DNA of 37,276 nucleotides from the NCBI GenBank assembly GCA_002269645.1, contig NIVC01003932.1:1-37276 (forward strand), written 5' to 3'. Shown in pieces: positions 1-12,311 of the stretch. The notes below the pieces were generated by a model that did no database searches, was not told the DNA's origin, and saw only the letters and a list, made by a program, of their open reading frames with translations. The stretch is from Macrostomum lignano (Eukaryota). Both the position numbers and the translations under genes were made by a program. Position 1 is the first letter of the stretch. Each line of letters begins with the position of its first letter.

Positions 1-3000
1 GTGCAGGTCCTGCTATAGATAGAAGATAGCGAGAAAGAGCGAGCGAAGCGAGCTCTTTCGAGCTTGCTTGCCGCAGCCAATCAAGCTGAAAGCACGCACA
101 CAAGATCACCGGAAACGATTAAGGCAGCTGGAAAGCCAATGGGCGCGGTAAGCGCTTTATCCAGAGGAACTACCTGCTGAACCAGCCATGCCGAACGAAA
201 ATCAGACTACTCAAGTAGTGCAAAAGAGTACGTGCAACTACCGAGAAATCTAATTTTCGTAACCGCTCCGGTGCAGGTCCTGGCTATAGATAGAAGATAG
301 CGAGAAAGAGCGAGCGAAGCGAGCTCTTTCGAGCTTGCTTGCCGCAGCCAATCAAGCTGAAAGCACGCACACAAGATCACCGGAAACGATTAAGGCAGCT
401 GGAAAGCCAATGGGCGCGGTAAGCGCTTTTATCCAGAGGAACTACCTGCTGGAACCAGCCATGCCGAACGAAAATCAGACTACTCAAGTAGTGCAAAAGA
501 GTACGTGCAACTACCGAGAAATCTAATTTTCGTAACCGCTCCGGTGCAGGTCCTGGCTATAGATAGAGATAGCGAGAAAGAGCGAGCGAAGCGAGCTCTT
601 TCGAGCTTGCTTGCCGCAGCCAATCAAGCTGAAAGCACGCACACAAGATCACCGGAAACGATTAAGGCAGCTGGAAAGCCAATGGGCGCGGTAAGCGCTT
701 TTATCCAGAGGAACTACCTGCTGGAACCAGCCATGCCGAACGAAAATCAGACTACTCAAGTAGTGCAAAAGAGTACGTGCAACTACCGAGAAATCTAATT
801 TTCGTAACCGCTCCGGTGCAGGTCCTGGCTATAGATAGAAGATAGCGAGAAAGAGCGAGCGAAGCGAGCTCTTTCGAGCTTGCTTGCCGCAGCCAATCAA
901 GCTGAAAGCACGCACACAAGATCACCGGAAACGATTAAGGCAGCTGGAAAGCCAATGGGCGCGGTAAGCGCTTTTATCCAGAGGAACTACCTGCTGGAAC
1001 CAGCCATGCCGAACGAAAATCAGACTACTCAAGTAGTGCAAAAGAGTACGTGCAACTACCGAGAAATCTAATTTTCGTAACCGCTCCGGTGCAGGTCCTG
1101 GCTATAGATAGAAGATAGCGAGAAAGAGCGAGCGAAGCGAGCTCTTTCGAGCTTGCTTGCCGCAGCCAATCAAGCTGAAAGCACGCACACAAGATCACCG
1201 GAAACGATTAAGGCAGCTGGAAAGCCAATGGGCGCGGTAAGCGCTTTTATCCAGAGGAACTACCTGCTGGAACCAGCCATGCCGAACGAAAATCAGACTA
1301 CTCAAGTAGTGCAAAAGAGTACGTGCAACTACCGAGAAATCTAATTTTCGTAACCGCTCCGGTGCAGGTCCTGGCTATAGATAGAAGATAGCGAGAAAGA
1401 GCGAGCGAAGCGAGCTCTTTCGAGCTTGCTTGCCGCAGCCAATCAAGCTGAAAGCACGCACACAAGATCACCGGAAACGATTAAGGCAGCTGGAAAGCCA
1501 ATGGGCGCGGTAAGCGCTTTTATCCAGAGGAACTACCTGCTGGAACCAGCCATGCCGAACGAAAATCAGACTACTCAAGTAGTGCAAAAGAGTACGTGCA
1601 ACTACCGAGAAATCTAATTTTCGTAACCGCTCCGGTGCAGGTCCTGGCTATAGATAGAAGATAGCGAGAAAGAGCGAGCGAAGCGAGCTCTTTCGAGCTT
1701 GCTTGCCGCAGCCAATCAAGCTGAAAGCACGCACACAAGATCACCGGAAACGATTAAGGCAGCTGGAAAGCCAATGGGCGCGGTAAGCGCTTTTATCCAG
1801 AGGAACTACCTGCTGGAACCAGCCATGCCGAACGAAAATCAGACTACTCAAGTAGTGCAAAAGAGTACGTGCAACTACCGAGAAATCTAATTTTCGTAAC
1901 CGCTCCGGTGCAGGTCCTGGCTATAGATAGAAGATAGCGAGAAAGAGCGAGCGAAGCGAGCTCTTTCGAGCTTGCTTGCCGCAGCCAATCAAGCTGAAAG
2001 CACGCACACAAGATCACCGGAAACGATTAAGGCAGCTGGAAAGCCAATGGGCGCGGTAAGCGCTTTTATCCAGAGGAACTACCTGCTGGAACCAGCCATG
2101 CCGAACGAAAATCAGACTACTCAAGTAGTGCAAAAGAGTACGTGCAACTACCGAGAAATCTAATTTTCGTAACCGCTCCGGTGCAGGTCCTGGCTATAGA
2201 TAGAAGATAGCGAGAAAGAGCGAGCGAAGCGAGCTCTTTCGAGCTTGCTTGCCGCAGCCAATCAAGCTGAAAGCACGCACACAAGATCACCGGAAACGAT
2301 TAAGGCAGCTGGAAAGCCAATGGGCGCGGTAAGCGCTTTTATCCAGAGGAACTACCTGCTGGAACCAGCCATGCCGAACGAAAATCAGACTACTCAAGTA
2401 GTGCAAAAGAGTACGTGCAACTACCGAGAAATCTAATTTTCGTAACCGCTCCGGTGCAGGTCCTGGCTATAGATAGAAGATAGCGAGAAAGAGCGAGCGA
2501 AGCGAGCTCTTTCGAGCTTGCTTGCCGCAGCCAATCAAGCTGAAAGCACGCACACAAGATCACCGGAAACGATTAAGGCAGCTGGAAAGCCAATGGGCGC
2601 GGTAAGCGCTTTTATCCAGAGGAACTACCTGCTGGAACCAGCCATGCCGAACGAAAATCAGACTACTCAAGTAGTGCAAAAGAGTACGTGCAACTACCGA
2701 GAAATCTAATTTTCGTAACCGCTCCGGTGCAGGTCCTGGCTATAGATAGAAGATAGCGAGAAAGAGCGAGCGAAGCGAGCTCTTTCGAGCTTGCTTGCCG
2801 CAGCCAATCAAGCTGAAAGCACGCACACAAGATCACCGGAAACGATTAAGGCAGCTGGAAAGCCAATGGGCGCGGTAAGCGCTTTTATCCAGAGGAACTA
2901 CCTGCTGGAACCAGCCATGCCGAACGAAAATCAGACTACTCAAGTAGTGCAAAAGAGTACGTGCAACTACCGAGAAATCTAATTTTCGTAACCGCTCCGG

Positions 3001-5722
3001 TGCAGGTCCTGGCTATAGATAGAAGATAGCGAGAAAGAGCGAGCGAAGCGAGCTCTTTCGAGCTTGCTTGCCGCAGCCAATCAAGCTGAAAGCACGCACA
3101 CAAGATCACCGGAAACGATTAAGGCAGCTGGAAAGCCAATGGGCGCGGTAAGCGCTTTTATCCAGAGGAACTACCTGCTGGAACCAGCCATGCCGAACGA
3201 AAATCAGACTACTCAAGTAGTGCAAAAGAGTACGTGCAACTACCGAGAAATCTAATTTTCGTAACCGCTCCGGTGCAGGTCCTGGCTATAGATAGAAGAT
3301 AGCGAGAAAGAGCGAGCGAAGCGAGCTCTTTCGAGCTTGCTTGCCGCAGCCAATCAAGCTGAAAGCACGCACACAAGATCACCGGAAACGATTAAGGCAG
3401 CTGGAAAGCCAATGGGCGCGGTAAGCGCTTTTATCCAGAGGAACTACCTGCTGGAACCAGCCATGCCGAACGAAAATCAGACTACTCAAGTAGTGCAAAA
3501 GAGTACGTGCAACTACCGAGAAATCTAATTTTCGTAACCGCTCCGGTGCAGGTCCTGGCTATAGATAGAAGATAGCGAGAAAGAGCGAGCGAAGCGAGCT
3601 CTTTCGAGCTTGCTTGCCGCAGCCAATCAAGCTGAAAGCACGCACACAAGATCACCGGAAACGATTAAGGCAGCTGGAAAGCCAATGGGCGCGGTAAGCG
3701 CTTTTATCCAGAGGAACTACCTGCTGGAACCAGCCATGCCGAACGAAAATCAGACTACTCAAGTAGTGCAAAAGAGTACGTGCAACTACCGAGAAATCTA
3801 ATTTTCGTAACCGCTCCGGTGCAGGTCCTGGCTATAGATAGAAGATAGCGAGAAAGAGCGAGCGAAGCGAGCTCTTTCGAGCTTGCTTGCCGCAGCCAAT
3901 CAAGCTGAAAGCACGCACACAAGATCACCGGAAACGATTAAGGCAGCTGGAAAGCCAATGGGCGCGGTAAGCGCTTTTATCCAGAGGAACTACCTGCTGG
4001 AACCAGCCATGCCGAACGAAAATCAGACTACTCAAGTAGTGCAAAAGAGTACGTGCAACTACCGAGAAATCTAATTTTCGTAACCGCTCCGGTGCAGGTC
4101 CTGGCTATAGATAGAAGATAGCGAGAAAGAGCGAGCGAAGCGAGCTCTTTCGAGCTTGCTTGCCGCAGCCAATCAAGCTGAAAGCACGCACACAAGATCA
4201 CCGGAAACGATTAAGGCAGCTGGAAAGCCAATGGGCGCGGTAAGCGCTTTTATCCAGAGGAACTACCTGCTGGAACCAGCCATGCCGAACGAAAATCAGA
4301 CTACTCAAGTAGTGCAAAAGAGTACGTGCAACTACCGAGAAATCTAATTTTCGTAACCGCTCCGGTGCAGGTCCTGGCTATAGATAGAAGATAGCGAGAA
4401 AGAGCGAGCGAAGCGAGCTCTTTCGAGCTTGCTTGCCGCAGCCAATCAAGCTGAAAGCACGCACACAAGATCACCGGAAACGATTAAGGCAGCTGGAAAG
4501 CCAATGGGCGCGGTAAGCGCTTTTATCCAGAGGAACTACCTGCTGGAACCAGCCATGCCGAACGAAAATCAGACTACTCAAGTAGTGCAAAAGAGTACGT
4601 GCAACTACCGAGAAATCTAATTTTCGTAACCGCTCCGGTGCAGGTCCTGGCTATAGATAGAAGATAGCGAGAAAGAGCGAGCGAAGCGAGCTCTTTCGAG
4701 CTTGCTTGCCGCAGCCAATCAAGCTGAAAGCACGCACACAAGATCACCGGAAACGATTAAGGCAGCTGGAAAGCCAATGGGCGCGGTAAGCGCTTTTATC
4801 CAGAGGAACTACCTGCTGGAACCAGCCATGCCGAACGAAAATCAGACTACTCAAGTAGTGCAAAAGAGTACGTGCAACTACCGAGAAATCTAATTTTCGT
4901 AACCGCTCCGGTGCAGGTCCTGGCTATAGATAGAAGATAGCGAGAAAGAGCGAGCGAAGCGAGCTCTTTCGAGCTTGCTTGCCGCAGCCAATCAAGCTGA
5001 AAGCACGCACACAAGATCACCGGAAACGATTAAGGCAGCTGGAAAGCCAATGGGCGCGGTAAGCGCTTTTATCCAGAGGAACTACCTGCTGGAACCAGCC
5101 ATGCCGAACGAAAATCAGACTACTCAAGTAGTGCAAAAGAGTACGTGCAACTACCGAGAAATCTAATTTTCGTAACCGCTCCGGTGCAGGTCCTGGCTAT
5201 AGATAGAAGATAGCGAGAAAGAGCGAGCGAAGCGAGCTCTTTCGAGCTTGCTTGCCGCAGCCAATCAAGCTGAAAGCACGCACACAAGATCACCGGAAAC
5301 GATTAAGGCAGCTGGAAAGCCAATGGGCGCGGTAAGCGCTTTTATCCAGAGGAACTACCTGCTGGAACCAGCCATGCCGAACGAAAATCAGACTACTCAA
5401 GTAGTGCAAAAGAGTACGTGCAACTACCGAGAAATCTAATTTTCGTAACCGCTCCGGTGCAGGTCCTGGCTATAGATAGAAGATAGCGAGAAAGAGCGAG
5501 CGAAGCGAGCTCTTTCGAGCTTGCTTGCCGCAGCCAATCAAGCTGAAAGCACGCACACAAGATCACCGGAAACGATTAAGGCAGCTGGAAAGCCAATGGG
5601 CGCGGTAAGCGCTTTTATCCAGAGGAACTACCTGCTGGAACCAGCCATGCCGAACGAAAATCAGACTACTCAAGTAGTGCAAAAGAGTACGTGCAACTAC
5701 CGAGAAATCTAATTTTCGTAAC
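1..5722. repeat. 273-bp tandem satellite, about 21 copies, running off the left edge of the window
   Basis: The unit GTGCAGGTCCTGGCTATAG...TTTTCGTAACCGCTCCG recurs with period 273 (identical ORF-track hits at 880, 1153 ... 5521). The only differences I saw are four 1-bp deletions in the first ~570 bp. The last copy is cut at ...GTAACC (5722). Confidence 0.98.
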
Positions 5723-6280
5723 CTAAAAATTAGATACGTAAATCTAATTTTCGTCTGTTGCTTTCCTAACTAAATAAATGTACGTCGATTTACCTTTCTA
5801 CTGTTATAAATATAATTAAGTAGCCACATTCGGTGACTTGAATTTAGATATTGAACTAGTTTTCCTCTTGTCTCCCTCACTTTCTCGGTGTGCGTTTTTC
5901 TGTGTCGAAGTCTATATCCTATTAATCTGCAATCTTGTCAAAAACAGCCACACTAAATGCTGATTGTCTAATCTATTAAATCAATACAAAACTGTGTTTG
6001 CCACTCTCAATAAAATTTGCGACCTCTGCGCTGCCAATAATAGACAATTACTAATGCTCGATATTTATAATTACTAAACGATTCATTTAGTCCAATGCTT
6101 TAGTAAAATATGTTATATCATCTGCATAAATAAACTGACCGGGTGAACGCGGTTGTTAGTGTTAATTCTTTGTTATTATTGCTTACTCGGAGGAGTCGGA
6201 GTGACATACGGAGCTTTAAAATTTCGTTCTTTGCAATCCTACTAGCGTCATTCTGAATTAATATCCCAACTACACTACTG

Positions 6281-7597
6281 TCACCCTACTATCGTCACTG
6301 ATGTCACCCTACTATCGTCACTGATGTCACCCTACTATCGTCACTGATGTCACCCTACTATCGTCACTGATGTCACCCTACTATCGTCACTGATGTCACC
6401 CTACTATCGTCACTGATGTCACCCTACTATCGTCACTGCTGCACCCTACTATTGTCACTGATGTCACCCTACTATCGTCACTGATGTCACTACTATCCTC
6501 ACTGATGTCACTACTATCGTCACTGATGTCGCCCTACTATCGTCACTGATGTCGCCCTACTATCGTCACTGATGTCGCCCTACTATCGTCACTGATGTCA
6601 CCCTACTATCCTCACTGATTTCACCCTACTATCCTCACTGATGTCGCCCTACTATCGTCACTGCTGCACCCTACTATTGTCACTGATGTCACCCTACTAT
6701 CGTCACTGATGTCACTACTATCCTCACTGATGTCACTACTATCGTCACTGATTTCACCCTACTATCCTCACTGATGTCACCCTACTATCCTCACTGATGT
6801 CACCCTACTATCCTCACTGATGTCACCCTACTATCGTCACTGATGTCACCCTACTATCCTCACTGATTTCACCCTACTATCGTCACTGATGTCGCCCTAC
6901 TATCGTCACTGATGTCACCCTACTATCCTCACTGATTTCACCCTACTATCCTCACTGATGTCGCCCTACTATCGTCACTGATGTCGCCCTACTATCGTCA
7001 CTGATGTCGCCCTACTATCGTCACTGATGTCGCCCTACTATCCTCACTGATGTCACCCTACTATCCTCACTGATGTCACTACTATCGTCACTGATGTCAC
7101 CCTACTATCGTCACTGATGTCGCCCTACTATCCTCACTGATGTCACCCTACTATCCTCACTGATTTCACCCTACTATCCTCACTGATGTCGCCCTACTAT
7201 CGTCACTGATGTCGCCCTACTATCGTCACTGATGTCACCCTACTATCCTCACTGATGTCACTACTATCGTCACTGATGTCACCCTACTATCCTCACTGAT
7301 GTCACTACTATCGTCACTGATGTCACCCTACTATCCTCACTGATTTCACCCTACTATCCTCACTGATGTCGCCCTACTATCGTCACTGATGTCGCCCTAC
7401 TATCGTCACTGATGTCGCCCTACTATCGTCACTGATGTCGCCCTACTATCCTCACTGATGTCACCCTACTATCCTCACTGATGTCGCCCTACTATCGTCA
7501 CTGATGTCGCCCTACTATCGTCACTGATGTCGCCCTACTATCCTCACTGATGTCACCCTACTATCCTCACTGATTTCACCCTACTAGCGTCACTGAT
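6281..7597. repeat. 23-bp minisatellite (CTACTATCGTCACTGATGTCACC), about 57 units with 21-22 bp variants
   Basis: Direct reading; variants include ATCCTCAC, GTCGCCC, TTTCACC and CTGCTGCACC. Confidence 0.96.
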
Positions 7598-7790
7598 CAC
7601 ATGAAATCATTGAATTTGGACCAAAATCATCCAGCTGTCATATCGACCATTTCAACAAAATAGCAGCTTACGCATGAGTCAAATTTTATTATATAATTAA
7701 TGGCTGTCGAATATGTAACTCGCTGCTGTATACATGTTGCAGTCTATGCCTACATGTTACTATTTGTATTCCAGTATGTGGAGTGTCAAT

Positions 7791-8169
7791 TCAAGGACCA
7801 CTGTAGTAAAACATTACGTGAAACTCAAAGATCGTGTAGTTTTTAGGGGGCCAGTTTCCTGGGGAAAATACACTGCAGAGATAGGAAAAACATTTTTCTT
7901 CACAAAATCTATGATGGATTGGATTTGATCTGGGGCAGCTATAGTGAAGATTACCAGTATTTTAATTTAGCATGTACAGCATGTTAACTCTGTATTTTAT
8001 ATAATGTTTTATTTTTACTTCACAAGTCCACTAGCTAAATACTCACGTGAAATATTTGTTCATTTTTTGAATCAAGTTAGCTTCTTGCATGCAGCAAGGC
8101 CTCTTAGCCTAAGTGTAGAGTGTTCTACCTCCATCAAAAAGTGATAAAATTGTTAACGTACTACTAGAT

Positions 8170-8205
<36 letters not shown>

Positions 8206-8273
8206 CTAGATAGATAGATAGATAGATAGATACTTAGATAAATACATAGATAGATAGCTAGATAGATAGATAC

Positions 8274-8329
<56 letters not shown>

Positions 8330-8341
8330 CTAGATAGATAC

Positions 8342-8380
<39 letters not shown>

Positions 8381-8426
8381 CTTAGATAAATACATAGATA
8401 CTTAGATAAATACATAGATAGATAGC

Positions 8427-8457
<31 letters not shown>

Positions 8458-8565
8458 CTAGATAGATAGATAGATAGATAGATAGATACTTAGATAAATA
8501 CATAGATAGATAGATAGATAGATAGAAAGATAGACAGATAGATAGATAGCTAGATAGATAGATAC

Positions 8566-8604
<39 letters not shown>

Positions 8605-8605
8605 C

Positions 8606-8645
<40 letters not shown>

Positions 8646-8661
8646 CTAGATAGATAGATAC

Positions 8662-8713
<52 letters not shown>

Positions 8714-8729
8714 CTAGATAGATAGATAC

Positions 8730-8776
<47 letters not shown>

Positions 8777-9039
8777 CTTAGATAGATACATAGATAGATA
8801 GATAGATACATAGATAGATAGATTGAAAGATAGATAGATAGGTAGATAGATAGATAGATAGATATAATGTAACCTTCACTGCCGCAGATCAAATGCAATC
8901 AATCATTGATTTTGGGATAAAAAAAGATTTTTTCCTTTATCCGCAGTAGTGTATTCTTTCCCAGGAAACTGCCCCCCCCCCCAAATAAAATTACACGATC
9001 TTTGAGTTTCACGCCCTGTTTTACTGCAGTGGTCATTGA
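7791..9039. mobile_element. Decayed non-autonomous inverted-repeat element (about 150-bp imperfect TIRs) enclosing a GATA microsatellite
   Basis: 7791-7935 (TCAAGGACCACTGTAGTAAAACA..GTGAAACTCAAAGATCGTGTA..CAGTTTCCTGGG..ATTTGATCTG) matches the reverse complement of 8883-9039 (TCAATGACCACTGCAGTAAAACA..GTGAAACTCAAAGATCGTGTA..CAGTTTCCTGGG..ATTTGATCTG). No clean TSD was found. Confidence 0.65.
8165..8864. repeat. (GATA)n microsatellite, about 700 bp, with GCTA/CATA/CTTA interruptions
   Basis: Direct reading; it produces the spurious IYLS-repeat ORFs. Confidence 0.99.
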
Positions 9040-9689
9040 GTCAATTCTGTAAGTTTCTGCGTCAGTCCAAGTTTTGTCTACTTTTAGTAGCAGATGTAGC
9101 GTATTAAAATTAATTGGAGATACACGTAAGCTGTGTAACTCGCCATAAACAGTTCTCAACAAAAAGGCCTGTTTGCTCAACAATTTATGAGCACGCGAGA
9201 GTTGGCAAAACATCAGGTCGTTTCCGTGACCTGACCTGACCTCGCGTTAACTTTTATTCTATTCAAACTATGTACATATGCATATACTATATATAATACT
9301 ACCGATAGAATTAAGGATTCACTCTGCACACAGAAGCAGCAGTCGACACTGCATGTTTTTTTTCTCTGCCAGTTTCTGTTTGCCTGCTGAGGCATTTCTT
9401 TCGACTGGCACTTCTTCTAAATGAAAGCGCTTTCAGGGTTAGGACGCGATTTTTTTACTCTCTGTTTGATGAGCATCTGTGTGACTGCCAGGCATGAGAC
9501 TTGCGCCCACACTCTTGCCACGTAGCAATGGAGGAAGACTGCAGCAGAGAAGGTTGGCAATAATTTTCGGTGCAATTAAATTTTTCCTTTGCTGTTTGTG
9601 AGGGTCACGCGTTTAGCTGTGGGGTGTCTCTCTAGAAGGGAGCCTTACATGTATCTCAACGCACCCATCACTCGGGCGTCCCTAGCACC

Positions 9690-10121
9690 CAGGCACTCAT
9701 TTTGGCGCCCCAGGCAAGCTCATTTTGGCGCCACAGACACTCATTTTGGCGCCACAGACACTCATTTTGGCGCCGCAGGCAGGCACTCATTTTGGCGCCG
9801 CAGGCAGGCACTCATTTTGGCGCCGCAGGCAGGCACTCATTTTGGCGTCACAGACACTCATTTTGGCGCCCAGGCAAGCTCATTTTGGCGCCACAGACAC
9901 TCATTTTGGCGCCACAGACACTCACTTTGGCGCCCAGGCAAGCTCATTTTGGCGCCGCAGGCAGGCACTCATTTTGGCGCCGCAGGCAGGCACTCATTTT
10001 GGCGCCACAGACACTCACTTTGGCGCCCCAGGCACTCATTTTGGCGCCGCAGGCAGGCACTCATTTTGGCGCCACAGACACTCACTTTGGCGCCCCAGGC
10101 ACTCATTTTGGCGCCGCAGGC
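9690..10121. repeat. Minisatellite of 19 units: constant 12-bp core CA(T/C)TTTGGCGCC plus one of four short variable segments
   Basis: The core is followed by ACAGACACT, GCAGGCAGGCACT, CAGGCAAGCT or CCAGGCACT; unit lengths are 21, 22 or 25 bp. Confidence 0.95.
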
Positions 10122-10915
10122 TCTATATTTTGACACCCTGAAGCAAAATATTTTCATTTCCACAACGGGTCACAATTGCTGGGGTGGGGGACAAGCATAG
10201 GCACATGTCCCTCTGTCCCCCTCCGCGGTTGCGACGCCCCTGCATGATTTAGTATCCCTGGCAACCGTGTATGTTTTCAAATTCGACACGCTTCAAGGTG
10301 CCCCTGAACCGAGAATACGAAAAGGATTTTATTGAATAAAATTCATGTAATCAATAAGGAATGGTAACAACTATATGCTTAAGATATAGCAAGGCCTGAC
10401 TGCAATTTCCTGGAGGAATTAGTACAATACGTAAATCCTTGCACGCTATTGAAAATCGCGAGTGTTTTGTTATTAACTTACTGCAGTTTCTGTGGCTAAT
10501 AAAAATTTTCACCATGCATATACCGACCGTGACTTGAAGGCTTGAACAGGAGTCAGTGTAAGGTAACCTCAAGCTATAATAGGGCTAGGTAATTGGGATC
10601 CAGCTCTCATGACTGCGGGCCTGCAGATGAGAGGGGAGAAAGGAGAGAAGAAAGAATCCGGGCCGGATTGCCATATTGTGAATTTTCAAAGGACCCGATC
10701 GGGAGGCCCCATGGAACTTGTTTACATATGTAGCTATTTACGTGCGCCATATAGTTAAAGGGGAAATATGGTTGCTATAGCCGGTTGCCTTCAAGTTAAG
10801 CAGATTTGGCTGCGGTTAGTACAAAGCTATAAAATAGTCGCCGCTATTTGGTTCACTGTCTTCATTGACAGTGAATTTGATTAAAATATTACACCTGTTC
10901 TATAATGAGCAGATT

Positions 10916-11095
10916 AGATGTGCAACCGACAGCTCAGCCGCAGCTATTGCGCGGCGCATCTGAAGGCTGCTGCGCACGGCAGGCTGTTCAGTCCAAGGAC
11001 TGGGGGGTCGCCACACACAGCCTCAATTACCCCAGCCAATGTTGGCCCCCATTTTACAGCTTGGTGAACTGAAGCAATGCAGAGTTGTGTCTTGC
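10916..11095 (-). mobile_element. CORE-type SINE, partial copy 1
   Basis: About 180 bp shared with 15708-15883. Contains CCCATTTTACAGCTTGGTGAACTGAAGCAATGCAGAGTT, resembling the antisense MIR/CORE consensus CCCATTTTACAGATGAGGAAACTGAGGC..GAGGTTAAGTGACTTGCCCAAGGTCAC. Confidence 0.7.
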
Positions 11096-12311
11096 TTGTG
11101 TCATCGAAGGCGCTTCGCCAGGGTGCCCGTAGCTATAGTGACTTTTTGCATAAAAGCCGGCCTTCAAAAATTGCCAAAGCAACGAGGTTTCCCGTTTTTC
11201 CACATAAGCTAGTTGGAACTAACATTCCTACATTAGGAGGTCAATAAGGACGTCAACTAATCAAAAGCTTTTTGTAGTTTTTGCGGCACTACAAACTCAA
11301 TCAAATGACGGGTTTATAGCTAACAAAAAGGGGGACTTCAGTTTCCATGTGACAGCCAGCTGTGCATCATAATAGCTACGGCTTCTGCAGTATGGGCAGA
11401 GAACTATATAGGTGCATTAATCAGTTTAGACAGCTGGCAGCCGCAGGAGAGGAAGGAAACCGTGAATGCTACCTATGTCTAGCTAGCTCGTATATTGTGT
11501 CCACGCTCTGTGTGACAGCACACTATTTCAGTGGGAAAAGTACTTTTCTTCATAAAATCATGGCCGATCTTTTTAATTATACTTTTACAGCCAGCATGCG
11601 CATGCAGGCGCCAATTTGGAATTGAAAAGAGAGAGAGAGACTCGGAACATGCACTTTTATAATTTTAATGTACTTTTACACCGAGAATGCACTATATTAC
11701 GATCAAAGACAGCCTAGCATAAGGATCTAAGCATGGTGGCAGAGCCACTGAGGATGAAAATCTGGGAGGGTAGCGGGTGCTTCGGACTAATCCAACTAAT
11801 TCAGACTCGCATTCGGAATCAGCAAGCCTTTTCTCAATAAGTTGAGCTCTGCAGATGCCCCCTGATGACGTATGCAGAATTTGAATAAGCCAGACGCTTC
11901 TTGCGTGCCCTCTACACGCGAAGGCGAGCTACTCGCGTCTCAACCCATGGTTAGACTTACGGCAAAGGGAGAGAGAATACGCGAAGGGATAATCGGGATG
12001 AGGGATTTCCGATGCGCGTGAGGATCGCGGCGCGTCTGCAACCGGAGCTCAAAGGGAATAGCATTTTTAATGCCTTGAAGATTTACTGCTTCAAAAGAAA
12101 ATTACGCCTTCAGATTAAAAAAAATTGAGCCTCGTTTCGAAAGTTGCTGCGTGCACATGGAAAATTCTTTCTTTTCCATCTTCGCATCAGTGAAACCAAA
12201 GCGACACGGAGTATCCGAATAACGAGTAGTAATGAAATAATATTTTTTAAAGGTGGCAGCCGAACGCCCAGTGGATCCTCTGACACATACACGTACGAGC
12301 GTAGATAGCCT

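Noticed and set aside
335-5712. Repeated 63-aa ORF (and one 97-aa ORF) in the satellite, read as a tandem gene array
   Set aside because: It starts at TTG, not ATG. All three plus-strand frames of the monomer contain stops, and I recognise no domain. The 97-aa version exists only because of a 1-bp deletion in copy 3.
1-5722. Satellite monomer as a retrozyme, hammerhead or twister ribozyme, SL RNA, snRNA or 5S array
   Set aside because: The size fits retrozymes, but there is no CTGANGA...GAAA core on either strand. A twister fit around TAACCGCTCCGG failed at the pseudoknot pairings. AATTTTCG is only loosely Sm-like, and I see no 5S, U-snRNA or SL similarity. An Infernal/Rfam scan would settle it.
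8206-8898. IYLS-repeat ORFs
   Set aside because: They are translations of the GATA microsatellite.
9690-10121. CRISPR-like appearance (constant repeat with variable spacers)
   Set aside because: The repeat is only 12 bp, the spacers are 9-13 nt and are reused from four types, there are no cas genes, and the context is eukaryotic.
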